DNA from: Candidatus Latescibacterota bacterium
GTDB lineage: Bacteria > Latescibacterota > UBA2968 > UBA8231
Direction: 5' to 3'
Length of the DNA stretch: 64,000 nt
NCBI GenBank assembly: GCA_965204725.1
Contig: OZ242005.1
Coordinates: 3,072,001 to 3,136,000 of the forward strand
Notes under the pieces: model-generated
The model's database searches: none
What the model was told of the DNA's origin: nothing
What the model saw: the letters and a program-made list of their open reading frames with translations, nothing else
Translations under genes and position numbers: made by a program
Shown here: piece by piece, positions 1-8,865 of the stretch
How the letters are laid out: every line of letters starts with the position of its first letter
Numbering within the stretch: the stretch's first letter is position 1

Positions 1-1429
1 CGTGCCGTTGCGCGAGATGAATCTATTGTGGGAGGGGCGGAAGGTCACCGGCCCGCGCGGTATGTCGGGGACGCGGCGGCTGATCGAGATCGTCGTGGAG
101 GGCGGAACAGGCGAGGAGGAGTGGACGTGTGGGATCGAATTCCAGTACTCCAATCCCGAAGTGGTCCATGTGCGTCCGCTGCGGGCCAAAGATCTCGACC
201 CGGCGGACATCCGGGCGTTCCCCCCTCCGGCGGCCCGGGCCCTCGACATCGTCCACGTCCCGCCGCTCGCCGGTATTGAGCGCGACGAGCCGCGGCGCGA
301 CCGGGGGATGCAAGATCTGCTCGTGGGTCAGGGGCGTCCGGGCGAGATTTTGCGGAACCTGTTGTGGGAAATTTCCGAGAACAGCAAAGAGGACTGGCGG
401 CAGCTCGCCGAACATATCCGCATACTCTTTCAAATCGAAGTGCTCGCGCCGTCGTATGCCCCGGCCCAACCGTACATCGTCTGCGAATACCGCGAGCCGG
501 GCCGCGATAGGCCCCTCGATTTGTCCAACGCCGGTAGCGGTACGCTCCAAGTGCTCCTGTTGCTGGCCTTCCTCTACGCCCGCCCGGCGGCCGTAATTTT
601 GCTCGACGAGCCGGACGCCCATCAGCACGTCATCTTGCAAAGGCAGGTGTACGACCTGATTCGCAAGGTGGCCCGCCAACGCGGCGGCCAAGTGCTCATC
701 GCCACGCATTCCGAGGTCGTCCTCGACGCGACTGAGCCGACGCGGGTGCTCGGATTTTTTGGTGAATCGCCCCGTCCACTCGTCGATGAAGACCAGCGCA
801 ACCAACTCCGCGAAGCCCTCAAGCGCCTGACCACCACGGATCTCCTATTGGGCCGCGAAGTCGGCGCGGTGCTTTATGTCGAGAGCGAGACCGACGAGCG
901 GATTTTGGGCGAGTGGGCGCGCATGCTCGATCATCCGGCGCAGGGCTTTTTGAAGCGGCCGTTTGTGCGCTCGCTCGGCGGTCGCAGTCTGCGCGAAGCC
1001 CGGGCGCACTTCTTCGCCATGCAGGCCGCCTTTCCCGGGCTGCCGGGCCTGTGCCTGCTCGATGGCGACAACCGCGACGAGCCGGACGCGGAGCTGACCC
1101 GTACCGGCTTGGTCGTCTTGCGCTGGCGTCGCTACGAGATTGAGAACTACCTGTTGCAGCCCGAGGCGATCAAGCGGTTCGCCAACTTCCCCTTGGCAGA
1201 AGAGGCGTTTTGGCGCCAGGTCCCGCGCGGGACGGACCTATTTGGGGATCACGTCTCGCTGGTGCGCGTCAAGGCAAGCGACGAATTCCTCGTGCCACTG
1301 CTGGCCGAGATGGGCCGGCCCACACCCAAGCGAGACTTGTATCTGCTGGCCGCCCAGATGCGGCCCGACGAAATCCACCCCGAAGTAGTGGAAAAGCTAG
1401 ATAGGGTGGCAGCACTCGGCGCGGAGTAG
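1..1429 (+). CDS. OLD-like ABC-family ATPase fused to a TOPRIM-like nuclease domain, 5'-truncated by the window edge
   Basis: ABC signature-like LSNAGSG, Walker B ILLDEPDAH, H-loop IATHSE, then TOPRIM-like YVESETD, LLDGD and RYEIENYL. Walker A is not in the window. Confidence 0.75.
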   Translation, partial: VPLREMNLLWEGRKVTGPRGMSGTRRLIEIVVEGGTGEEEWTCGIEFQYSNPEVVHVRPLRAKDLDPADIRAFPPPAARALDIVHVPPLAGIERDEPRRDRGMQDLLVGQGRPGEILRNLLWEISENSKEDWRQLAEHIRILFQIEVLAPSYAPAQPYIVCEYREPGRDRPLDLSNAGSGTLQVLLLLAFLYARPAAVILLDEPDAHQHVILQRQVYDLIRKVARQRGGQVLIATHSEVVLDATEPTRVLGFFGESPRPLVDEDQRNQLREALKRLTTTDLLLGREVGAVLYVESETDERILGEWARMLDHPAQGFLKRPFVRSLGGRSLREARAHFFAMQAAFPGLPGLCLLDGDNRDEPDAELTRTGLVVLRWRRYEIENYLLQPEAIKRFANFPLAEEAFWRQVPRGTDLFGDHVSLVRVKASDEFLVPLLAEMGRPTPKRDLYLLAAQMRPDEIHPEVVEKLDRVAALGAE

Positions 1430-1457
1430 CAGGCAACGCGATTGAGGGGATTTTGCA

Positions 1458-2804
1458 ATGGCTGGCGAGACCATTCTGATCATTGACGACGAGGCCGCGC
1501 AGCGCGAGGCCGTGGGCGGCTACCTGCGCAAACGGGGGTTTGCGGTCTTACAGGCCGCGAACGGGCGCGAGGGCTTGGCCCTATTGCAGGACCGGGTGAT
1601 TGACTTGATCATCACGGATTTGCGGATGCCAGAACTGGACGGGATGGGCGTACTCGCCGCGGCCCGTGCGATCAACCCCGCGATTGGGGTCGTCATGGCG
1701 ACGGCTTTTGGCACGGTGGATGGCGCGGTTGACGCCATGCAGGAAGGGGCCTTCTACTACCTGCAAAAGCCGATTGATCTCGACGTACTCGACCGGCTCG
1801 TCGATCGCGCCTTGGAGCAGCGGCACCGCATCTCGGAAAACGAACTCCTCCGCGAGCAGATCGGGGAGCGGGTGCCCTTTGGCGGTATCATGGGCTGCTC
1901 GCCAGCCATTGAAGAGGCCCTCAACGTGGTGGCGCGGGCCGCGCCGAGCCGGGCTACTGTGCTGTTGCACGGCGAGTCGGGCACCGGCAAGGAGCTGATG
2001 GCGCGCGCCGTACACGAGGCCAGCCCCCGAGCCGGCCGCCCCTTTGTGGCCGTCAACTGCGCCGCCCTCAACAAGGGCTTGATCGAAAGCGAGTTGTTCG
2101 GGCACGAGAAGGGGGCCTTTACCGGGGCGGATGCCCGGCGCACGGGCCGCTTTGAGCAGGCCGATGGCGGCACCTTGTTCCTCGACGAATTGGCCGAAAT
2201 CCCCCTCGATGTACAGGTCAAACTTTTGCGCGTCTTGCAGGAGCGCACAATCGAGCGGGTCGGCAGCGGCGTTGCGATCGCGGTGGATGTGCGGCTGATC
2301 GGGGCGACGAATCGAGACTTGGCGACGCTAGTCGCGCACGGGGCATTCCGCGAGGATTTGTTTTACCGGCTCAACGTCGTGGCGGTGGACCTGCCGCCGC
2401 TGCGGCAGCGCAAAGGCGACATTCCCCTGCTCGTCAACCACTTTCTCGCCCGCTATGCCGCAGAAAACGATAAGGCCGTCGGCGAGATCTCCAAAGAGGC
2501 GTTGGAACTGCTGACGCGCTATGCCTACCCCGGCAATGTGCGCGAGCTGCAAAACATCGTCGAGCGTGCGGTGGTCATGGCCCGGGGCGCGGTGGTGACG
2601 TGCGCGGACTTGCCCGCTGAAGTGCAAGAAGCCGCGCCGGCGCCCGTTGCGGACACCTTGCCCGCGCAAGTGGAGGAATTGGAAAAGAAGGCCATTGCCC
2701 AAGCCTTGGAGCGGGCTGGCGGCGTCCAGAGCCGAGCGGCCGAGTTGCTGGGGCTGACCGAGCGCAACCTGCGCTACAAGCTCAAGAAGTACGGGCTGAA
2801 ATAG
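1458..2804 (+). CDS. Sigma54-dependent response regulator (NtrC/AtoC/ZraR family): REC-AAA+-HTH
   Basis: Receiver IIDDE...ITDLRMP...LQKP; GESGTGKE, GAFTGA, LFLDE, DLFYRLN; C-terminal Fis-type HTH. Confidence 0.93.
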   Translation: MAGETILIIDDEAAQREAVGGYLRKRGFAVLQAANGREGLALLQDRVIDLIITDLRMPELDGMGVLAAARAINPAIGVVMATAFGTVDGAVDAMQEGAFYYLQKPIDLDVLDRLVDRALEQRHRISENELLREQIGERVPFGGIMGCSPAIEEALNVVARAAPSRATVLLHGESGTGKELMARAVHEASPRAGRPFVAVNCAALNKGLIESELFGHEKGAFTGADARRTGRFEQADGGTLFLDELAEIPLDVQVKLLRVLQERTIERVGSGVAIAVDVRLIGATNRDLATLVAHGAFREDLFYRLNVVAVDLPPLRQRKGDIPLLVNHFLARYAAENDKAVGEISKEALELLTRYAYPGNVRELQNIVERAVVMARGAVVTCADLPAEVQEAAPAPVADTLPAQVEELEKKAIAQALERAGGVQSRAAELLGLTERNLRYKLKKYGLK

Positions 2805-2805
2805 C

Positions 2806-3945
2806 TCAAAAGCCGAACTGGATGCCCGCAGAGTACGCATGGGCGTCTGCGCTGTAGAACGCATCGTTGGACGCCACGGTGCGGTAGAGCCACTCCAATT
2901 CGAGGGCCATGGCGCGGAACGGGGTGCGGTCTAGGTACAAGGTGCGCCCGAGCCCCAAGCGCGCGGTGTGGCGCGTTTCCGCCGTGGATTTCCCCGTGAC
3001 AACGCCGGCGAGGTCGTAGGCTGGCCGCTGGTGGTAGAGGCGGCTTTCTCGCTGGACGGAGGCGGCGAGCTCGCAGTTTAAGGGCACCAAGTACTTCAGG
3101 GTCGCACTCCACTGATCCCCCCCATAGCTGTAGCGGTCTTCAAAGAGTTCGTCTGGGTCGTACCAGTGGGTCTTGAATGGGGCCTTAGCCTCGTAGAGTT
3201 CCCATTGGGCCTTAGCAAAGAGTTCGTCTGGGTCGTACCAGAATCTATCGGCCTTGCGGCTCTGGCCGGCGAGGATGCCTTGGTGATGCCACGCTAGCTG
3301 CAACCCGAGGTTGGGGCCGAGGGATTGGGCGGCCTTGAGGCGGGTGCCCCATAAGAGCGGGTTGCGGCTGAGCTGAGCGAGTTCCTGCCGATAGGACTTA
3401 AGGCCCAATTCGCCGTTTAACTGCAAGGTGGTGCGGCTGGGCAGGTAGTGGCTTAGCTGCGCGTCGAGGCGCTGTTCGAGGTAGTTGTAAGCGGCGGCGT
3501 TGAGAAAGTTTTGGTAGCTGAGTGTGTAGTCGAAGCGGCAGATCAGCTCCGAGTGTAGATACGGCTCCAAGCTGGCGAAGGCTCGGCCGGCGGCAAAGTC
3601 GCGGTAGTCGTAGAGCGGGCGGTCCAAGCGCAGGCTCAGGGCCGCGCCGGCAAAGAACAGCCCGGCCGCGCCCAAGGAGTGGGCATAGCTCGCGCCCAAG
3701 CGGTGGACGTGATTGAAAAGGTCGGCGTTTTCCCTGAATACGTTGGCGTTGCCCGAGTAGTACCAGCTCAAGTCCTCGCCGAGCTGGTAGTCGAAGTCGA
3801 TATAGGCCGACTGGATCAGGTCGCTGCGCGGGCGGGCGGTGAGAAAAACGTTGTCCGTATAGGTAGTGTACAGGTCGGCGTTGAGTTCGACTTGGGCCTC
3901 GGCGGCCGAAATCAGCGCGATTAGACAGACGAGTAGATGTCTCAT
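2806..3945 (-). CDS. Putative outer-membrane beta-barrel protein
   Basis: Signal peptide MRHLLVCLIALISAAEA, alternating aromatic beta-strand pattern, C-terminal Phe (AGIQFGF). Start overlaps the upstream stop. Confidence 0.7.
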   Translation of the reverse strand: MRHLLVCLIALISAAEAQVELNADLYTTYTDNVFLTARPRSDLIQSAYIDFDYQLGEDLSWYYSGNANVFRENADLFNHVHRLGASYAHSLGAAGLFFAGAALSLRLDRPLYDYRDFAAGRAFASLEPYLHSELICRFDYTLSYQNFLNAAAYNYLEQRLDAQLSHYLPSRTTLQLNGELGLKSYRQELAQLSRNPLLWGTRLKAAQSLGPNLGLQLAWHHQGILAGQSRKADRFWYDPDELFAKAQWELYEAKAPFKTHWYDPDELFEDRYSYGGDQWSATLKYLVPLNCELAASVQRESRLYHQRPAYDLAGVVTGKSTAETRHTARLGLGRTLYLDRTPFRAMALELEWLYRTVASNDAFYSADAHAYSAGIQFGF

Positions 3946-4634
3946 TTGCCCTCCTTCTTCTTGTGCTTCTTGGGATCGTCTTTTTTGAGATGCAGGGGTA
4001 CGCGGCGTTTGAGGCGTTTGGGGGCGAGGTCGCGGACGCGCTCGTCTGGGTGCCGCAAGAGGCGGCGCAACAGGCGGGCGTCGTCAATGCCGTCGCCGTC
4101 CTCGTCCAAGAAGAAATCCATCCGCCGTTTTAGCGCGTGTAGCCGCTGGTGCAGCCGCTTGAGCGGGTCGTGCATGCCGTCGCCATCGGCGTCGCGGAAT
4201 TGCTTGACTTGGTGCCGGCGCTCTTCAAAGACGCGGCCAAAGCGATAGCCCAACAGCCCGTGCGGGCCGTACTCTGCGCCGGTTATATCGTTTGTGCGGT
4301 CACCATTGAAATCGACGACGTTGTCGATGAAGCCGTCGTCGTCTGCGTCGCGGAAGCGCCCGTCGAGGTCGTTTACGCCGTCTCCGTCTGCGTCGCGGAA
4401 GCGGTCGTTTACGCCGTCGTCGTCTGCGTCTAAAAAGGGGAAGTGGTGGGGATAGGGCTGGCCGTTGAGGTCGTTTACGCCGTCTCCGTCTGCGTCGCGG
4501 AAGCGGTCGTTTACGCCGTCGCGGTCGGCATCGACATAGCCGACAACGGGCGCGGGAGACGCGCCTTCCGGCCCGGATTGGGCGCGTGCGGAACAGGCTA
4601 GCAGGGCACTGGCCACGATGGCGATGACGACCAT
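3942..4634 (-). CDS. Secreted Asp-rich protein with repeated DxDxDG putative Ca2+-binding loops
   Basis: SD GAGGA before ATG at 4634; signal peptide; multiple D(A/E)DGDG-type motifs; exact 55-bp internal duplication at 4365-4419 and 4467-4521; basic C-terminus. Confidence 0.7.
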   Translation of the reverse strand: MVVIAIVASALLACSARAQSGPEGASPAPVVGYVDADRDGVNDRFRDADGDGVNDLNGQPYPHHFPFLDADDDGVNDRFRDADGDGVNDLDGRFRDADDDGFIDNVVDFNGDRTNDITGAEYGPHGLLGYRFGRVFEERRHQVKQFRDADGDGMHDPLKRLHQRLHALKRRMDFFLDEDGDGIDDARLLRRLLRHPDERVRDLAPKRLKRRVPLHLKKDDPKKHKKKEGK

Positions 4635-4705
4635 GGTTTCCTCGATATGCTCGCAAGCAACAGCCAACGCCCGGAAGCGCCCGAGCGCTGGCTATTGCTT
4701 TGTCG

Positions 4706-5548
4706 TTACTGGCCGAAGGAGTTCTTGACGCGACCCCAGCTCGTCTGCTCGACCGCTGTGGCTTTGCCCGCAGCCGCTGTCTTGGTCGTCTCGGCCGCTT
4801 CTTGGCTGCCGCGATCGGTCTTGATTTGTTCGAGCGTTGCGAGTTGATCGGCGGTCAGAATGGCCTCAAAGCCGGTCCAGTACTGGTCGCGGAGGGCTTG
4901 CTTCTGCTCGCGTAGGTCCTCTTTGAGCACTTGGACTTGCTCGGCTTGGTCTTCGCTCAGGCCGAGCGGGTTCTCGATGGCCGCGAGGGTTTCGCGCTGC
5001 TCGTCAGTTAGGATGGCTTCAAAGCTGGTGCGGAACTCTTCCTTGGTCAGGTCCTGCTCCTTGAGAGCTTGGATCTGCTCCTTCTGGTCTGCGCTCAGGC
5101 CGAGGTCGGGTCGGTTGGGCCGATTGGCCCTGCGGTGTTCGAGGGCCTCGCGCTGCTCATCGGTTAGGATGGCCGCAAAACTGGTGCGGTACTCTGCTTT
5201 GGTCAGGTCCTGCTCCTTGAGAGCTCGGATTTGCTCGGCTTGGTCTTCGCTCAAGCCGAGCGGGTTCTCGATGGCCGCGAGGGTTTCGCGCTGCTCGTCG
5301 GTTAGGATGGCCGCAAAATCGGTGCGGTACTGGTCGCCGAGAGCCTGCCGTTGCGCCCGTAGGTCCTCTTTGAGGGTTTGGACCTGCGCGAGCTGGTCTT
5401 CGCTCAAGCCGAGTTGCTCGATCCACGAGCCTCGGTGCTCGCGGTGCTTGCCGTGCTTGCCTTTGGCACCCCAGCCTTTTGCCGAGGTGTCCATGGCCGC
5501 CGTGGCGACCAAAATCAGCGCGGCTGCGATGCCCCATGTTGCCTTCAT
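4706..5548 (-). CDS. Secreted Spy/CpxP/ZraP-like LTxxQ repeat protein
   Basis: SD AAGGAGG before ATG at 5548; signal peptide; His/Gly/Lys-rich N-terminus; four LGLSxDQ...ILTxxQ units; ends TAVEQTSWGRVKNSFGQ. Confidence 0.75.
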   Translation of the reverse strand: MKATWGIAAALILVATAAMDTSAKGWGAKGKHGKHREHRGSWIEQLGLSEDQLAQVQTLKEDLRAQRQALGDQYRTDFAAILTDEQRETLAAIENPLGLSEDQAEQIRALKEQDLTKAEYRTSFAAILTDEQREALEHRRANRPNRPDLGLSADQKEQIQALKEQDLTKEEFRTSFEAILTDEQRETLAAIENPLGLSEDQAEQVQVLKEDLREQKQALRDQYWTGFEAILTADQLATLEQIKTDRGSQEAAETTKTAAAGKATAVEQTSWGRVKNSFGQ

Positions 5549-5613
5549 GATGCTCCTCCTTGCATGAGATAAGTGTAATGCCCAACGCGCATTGTTGGGT
5601 CGCACTGTGTTAA

Positions 5614-5629
5614 AGCAATATCTGTGCCA
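5614..5629 (-). promoter_or_regulatory. Sigma54 (-24/-12) promoter of the LTxxQ-protein operon
   Basis: Minus strand reads TGGCACAGATATTGCT, a match to TGGCAC-N5-TTGC, ~65 bp upstream of the start. Confidence 0.88.
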
Positions 5630-5716
5630 CAAGAGAGCATTTTTCTGCAAAATGTCGCTTTACCAGTGGGCGAGCGCCTTGCGCCGTTGCCAAAACACGG
5701 CCGGCCCGCTTGGGTG

Positions 5717-5826
5717 AATTCGACCAGATGGTCGAAAGAGATCGTTCTTAAAATGACGTAACATTATGTTTTTATGTAACCTGTAATCCTTTCGACCAAG
5801 GCCAAAAATTCGACCAGATGGTCGCG
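5717..5826. promoter_or_regulatory. Candidate enhancer (UAS): palindrome TTCGACCA-GA-TGGTCGAA in two copies plus a half-site
   Basis: Perfect palindrome at 5719-5736, near-perfect copy at 5809-5826, half-site at 5791-5798. AATTCGACCAGATGGTCG is repeated exactly 90 bp apart around an AT-rich spacer. Confidence 0.65.
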
Positions 5827-5869
5827 GGTAAAACGGCGCGGGTGCGCGGATGCAGGCTCAAGCCGTAAT

Positions 5870-7252
5870 CTACCCCCGTCCAAACACCCGCGCCGGCAGA
5901 TACGTAGCCAACTCCGGCACGAACCACAGCCCCACCAACAGCAGCACCTGAATCGCGATAAAGGGCACGACCCCCCTATAGATCTGCGGCGTACTGATCT
6001 CTGGGGGGGCGACGCCGCGCAAGTAAAAGAGCGAGAAGCCAAACGGAGGCGTCAGAAAAGAGGTCTGCAAATTTAGGGCGATCATCACGCCCAACCACAC
6101 TGGATCCAAGCCCATCGCCAAGAGGACCGGGCCGACGATGGGGACGACGACGAAAATTATTTCAAAGAAGTCGAGAAAGAAGCCGAGCAAAAACATCACG
6201 GCCATCACCAGCGCGAAGGAGCCGAGTACGCCGCCGGTCGCCTCATGAGTCAGAAAGCGCTCGACGGCTTCGTCGCCCCCGTAGCCGCGAAAGACCAGCG
6301 AAAACACGCTCGCACCAATGAGGATGATAAAGACCATGGCGTTGATCTCGGTGGTGGTGCGCATGGCTTCTTTGAGGGCGTCGCGGTTGAAGTGCCCCTT
6401 GGCCATTGCCAAGAGCATGGCACCCACCGCGCCGACCGAAGCGGCCTCGGTCGGCGTGGCCACCCCGAAGAGGATGGAGCCGAGCACCCCGCCGATGAGG
6501 ACGAGGGGCGGCACGAGGGCCGCGCCGAGGCGGGCGAGGAAGGCCGCGCTGAAGGGCTCGCGCTCCTCGGCCGGCACGGAGGCTGGCTTGAGGAGGCCGA
6601 GGCCGATTATATAGAGGATATAGAGACTCATCAGCACGAGACCGGGCAAGAGCGCGCCCATAAAGAGGTCGCCGACCGACACGGAGACCGGGGCGAAATT
6701 GCCCATTTTGAGCTGGGCCTGCTGATGAGCCGAGGAGACGACATCGCCGAGGATGACGAGCACAATACTGGGCGGGATGATCTGGCCGAGCGTCCCCGAG
6801 GCGCAGATGATGCCGGTGGCAACCGCTGGGGAGTACGCACGCTTGAGCATGGCCGGCAGCGAAATGAGCCCCATGGTGACGACCGTCGCGCCGACGATGC
6901 CAGTGGAGGCCGCCAACAACCCCCCGACGAGGCACACCGAAATCCCCAGCCCCCCGCACAAGCGGCCGCAGAGTTGCGCCATGGTTTCGAGCAGGTTCTC
7001 GGCAATTTTTGAGCGTTCCAGCACGACTCCCATAAAAACGAAGAGCGGCACGGCCATCAGGGTCTCGTTGGCCATGATGCCGTAGATGCGGGCCGGCAAA
7101 GCCGAGAGAAAGGCCGCGTCAAAGTGGCCGGTGAGGACGCCGAGGCCGGCAAAGCCGAGGGCCGTACCCGCGAGGCAAAAGGCCACCGGGAAGCCGGATA
7201 GCAGCACCGCGAAGGTGCAGAAAACCATGGCCAGCGGCGCGAGTTCGCTCAT
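5870..7252 (-). CDS. TRAP transporter large permease (DctM family)
   Basis: GTLGQIIPPS, ATPTEAA, SFLTPPFG motifs; highly hydrophobic; start MSELAPL overlaps the small-subunit stop. Confidence 0.93.
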   Translation of the reverse strand: MSELAPLAMVFCTFAVLLSGFPVAFCLAGTALGFAGLGVLTGHFDAAFLSALPARIYGIMANETLMAVPLFVFMGVVLERSKIAENLLETMAQLCGRLCGGLGISVCLVGGLLAASTGIVGATVVTMGLISLPAMLKRAYSPAVATGIICASGTLGQIIPPSIVLVILGDVVSSAHQQAQLKMGNFAPVSVSVGDLFMGALLPGLVLMSLYILYIIGLGLLKPASVPAEEREPFSAAFLARLGAALVPPLVLIGGVLGSILFGVATPTEAASVGAVGAMLLAMAKGHFNRDALKEAMRTTTEINAMVFIILIGASVFSLVFRGYGGDEAVERFLTHEATGGVLGSFALVMAVMFLLGFFLDFFEIIFVVVPIVGPVLLAMGLDPVWLGVMIALNLQTSFLTPPFGFSLFYLRGVAPPEISTPQIYRGVVPFIAIQVLLLVGLWFVPELATYLPARVFGRG

Positions 7253-7740
7253 GGGGCGCGGAGGGTTTGGACGCTGTGGTACGCGATGGCTAGGGCTTGC
7301 AAAAACAGCAGCAAGAAGCACAGGGGAATGGCGGTTTTGAGCAGATAGACCGCCTCCAAGCCGCCGCCGTCTTGGGACCCTTCGAGCACGGCCCAAGAGT
7401 CGGCGACAAAGGGCAGCGACTGGTAGAACAGCACCGAGCAGCAGGGGATCAGCAGCAGCAAGCTGCCCAAGAGGTTGACCAGTGCCTTGCGCCGGACGCC
7501 CAAGGGCCGGTAGAGAATATCGACGCGGACGTGCTCGTCGCGGGCGAGGGTGTAGCCGGCCGCGAGGAGGAAGGTAAAGGCGTGCATGTACAGGGCTATT
7601 TCCTGCATCCAGACCCAGCCGCGACCAAAGAGGTAGCGCAAGACCACGATGACAAAAGTCACCAAGACCATGCCCAGCGTCAGCCAAGGCACTGTGTGGG
7701 CGATGAAGCGGTTGAGGCGTTCCATGCGGGCGTTAGCCAA
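7249..7740 (-). CDS. TRAP transporter small permease (DctQ family)
   Basis: Four hydrophobic helices, VVLRY and EHVRVDI motifs; lies between the SBP and DctM genes. Confidence 0.9.
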   Translation of the reverse strand: MANARMERLNRFIAHTVPWLTLGMVLVTFVIVVLRYLFGRGWVWMQEIALYMHAFTFLLAAGYTLARDEHVRVDILYRPLGVRRKALVNLLGSLLLLIPCCSVLFYQSLPFVADSWAVLEGSQDGGGLEAVYLLKTAIPLCFLLLFLQALAIAYHSVQTLRAP

Positions 7741-8860
7741 AGGTCAGGGCGCGTGCTTGGGTATAGGCTTGCTCGGAGATGCGCGTGTACGCGATGGAGT
7801 TTTTGCGGAAGGCGTCAAACGAGCGATAGACCCGGCTGGAAAAGGGGTCTTGGCCCGCTATTTCGGCTACGACTTCGGCCGCTACTTTGCCGATTTGCGC
7901 CAAGAGCTCGTCGGGGAAGCGCCGAAGCTGAACGCCGTGTTCGTCCACCAAGGTCTTGAGGGCGTGGCTGTTGCGCGCGGTGAACTCGCTGAGCATGTCG
8001 TCGTTGGCCGCTTGGCAGGCATATACGACGACGGCTTGGAGCTCGGCCGGGAGGGCTTCTAAGGCTTGCTTGTTGACCATGCACTCTAGCGTCGTCCCCG
8101 GCTCGTGCCAGCCCGGCCAGTAGTAGTATTGGGCGGCTTGGTGCAGCCCAAAGGCGAGATCGTTGTACGGGCCGACCCATTCGGTGGCGTCGATGGCCCC
8201 GGTCTTGAGGGCTTGGAAGATCTCGCCGCCGGGCAGCGCTTTGACCGTGACTTCGAGGCGGCGCAGGACCTCGCCGCCCAAACCCGGCATCCGCATGACC
8301 AAGCCGGAGAAGTCGGCTAGGGAGTTGATTTCGCGGTTGAACCAACCGCCCATCTGCACCCCTGTGTTGCCGATGGGAAAGGCCCGGAGGTTGAAGGGCG
8401 CGTAGAGCTCGTCCCACAGGCTCTGGCCGCCGCCATAGCGCAGCCAGCCGTTGATCTCGGCCGCGTTTAGGCCAAAGGGAACGGCCGAGAAAAATTGGGT
8501 CGCCTCGTGCTTGCCCTTCCAGTAGTAAGCGGCCGCGTGGCCCATCTCGGCAGTGCCGCCGGATACCGCGTCGAATACGCCCGAGGCCGGCACCAACTCG
8601 CCCGCGCCGTACACCTTGACTTGCAGGCGTCCCCCGGACAGGGCCGCTATGCTGTGGGCGAGGTTGTTGGCCCCGGTGCCCAAGGCCGGAAAGTCCTTGG
8701 GCCACGTGGTGACCATCTTCCACTTGAAATGCTGTTGGGATTGGACGGCCGGGGCCGCTTGCTGTTGGTCGCTCTGGCCACAGGCGGCCAAGCCGCCGGC
8801 CGCTAGCAGGGGGGCGCGTTGCAGAAAGGAGCGGCGCGAGCGTGGGGCAGAATTGTCCAT
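7733..8860 (-). CDS. TRAP substrate-binding protein (TakP/DctP type, likely 2-keto acid or monocarboxylate)
   Basis: Tat/lipoprotein leader SRRSFL...LAAC; WKMVTTWP, YYWKGK, QMGGWF, EWVGPYND, YYWPGWHE motifs. Confidence 0.88.
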   Translation of the reverse strand: MDNSAPRSRRSFLQRAPLLAAGGLAACGQSDQQQAAPAVQSQQHFKWKMVTTWPKDFPALGTGANNLAHSIAALSGGRLQVKVYGAGELVPASGVFDAVSGGTAEMGHAAAYYWKGKHEATQFFSAVPFGLNAAEINGWLRYGGGQSLWDELYAPFNLRAFPIGNTGVQMGGWFNREINSLADFSGLVMRMPGLGGEVLRRLEVTVKALPGGEIFQALKTGAIDATEWVGPYNDLAFGLHQAAQYYYWPGWHEPGTTLECMVNKQALEALPAELQAVVVYACQAANDDMLSEFTARNSHALKTLVDEHGVQLRRFPDELLAQIGKVAAEVVAEIAGQDPFSSRVYRSFDAFRKNSIAYTRISEQAYTQARALTFG

Positions 8861-8865
8861 GAACC

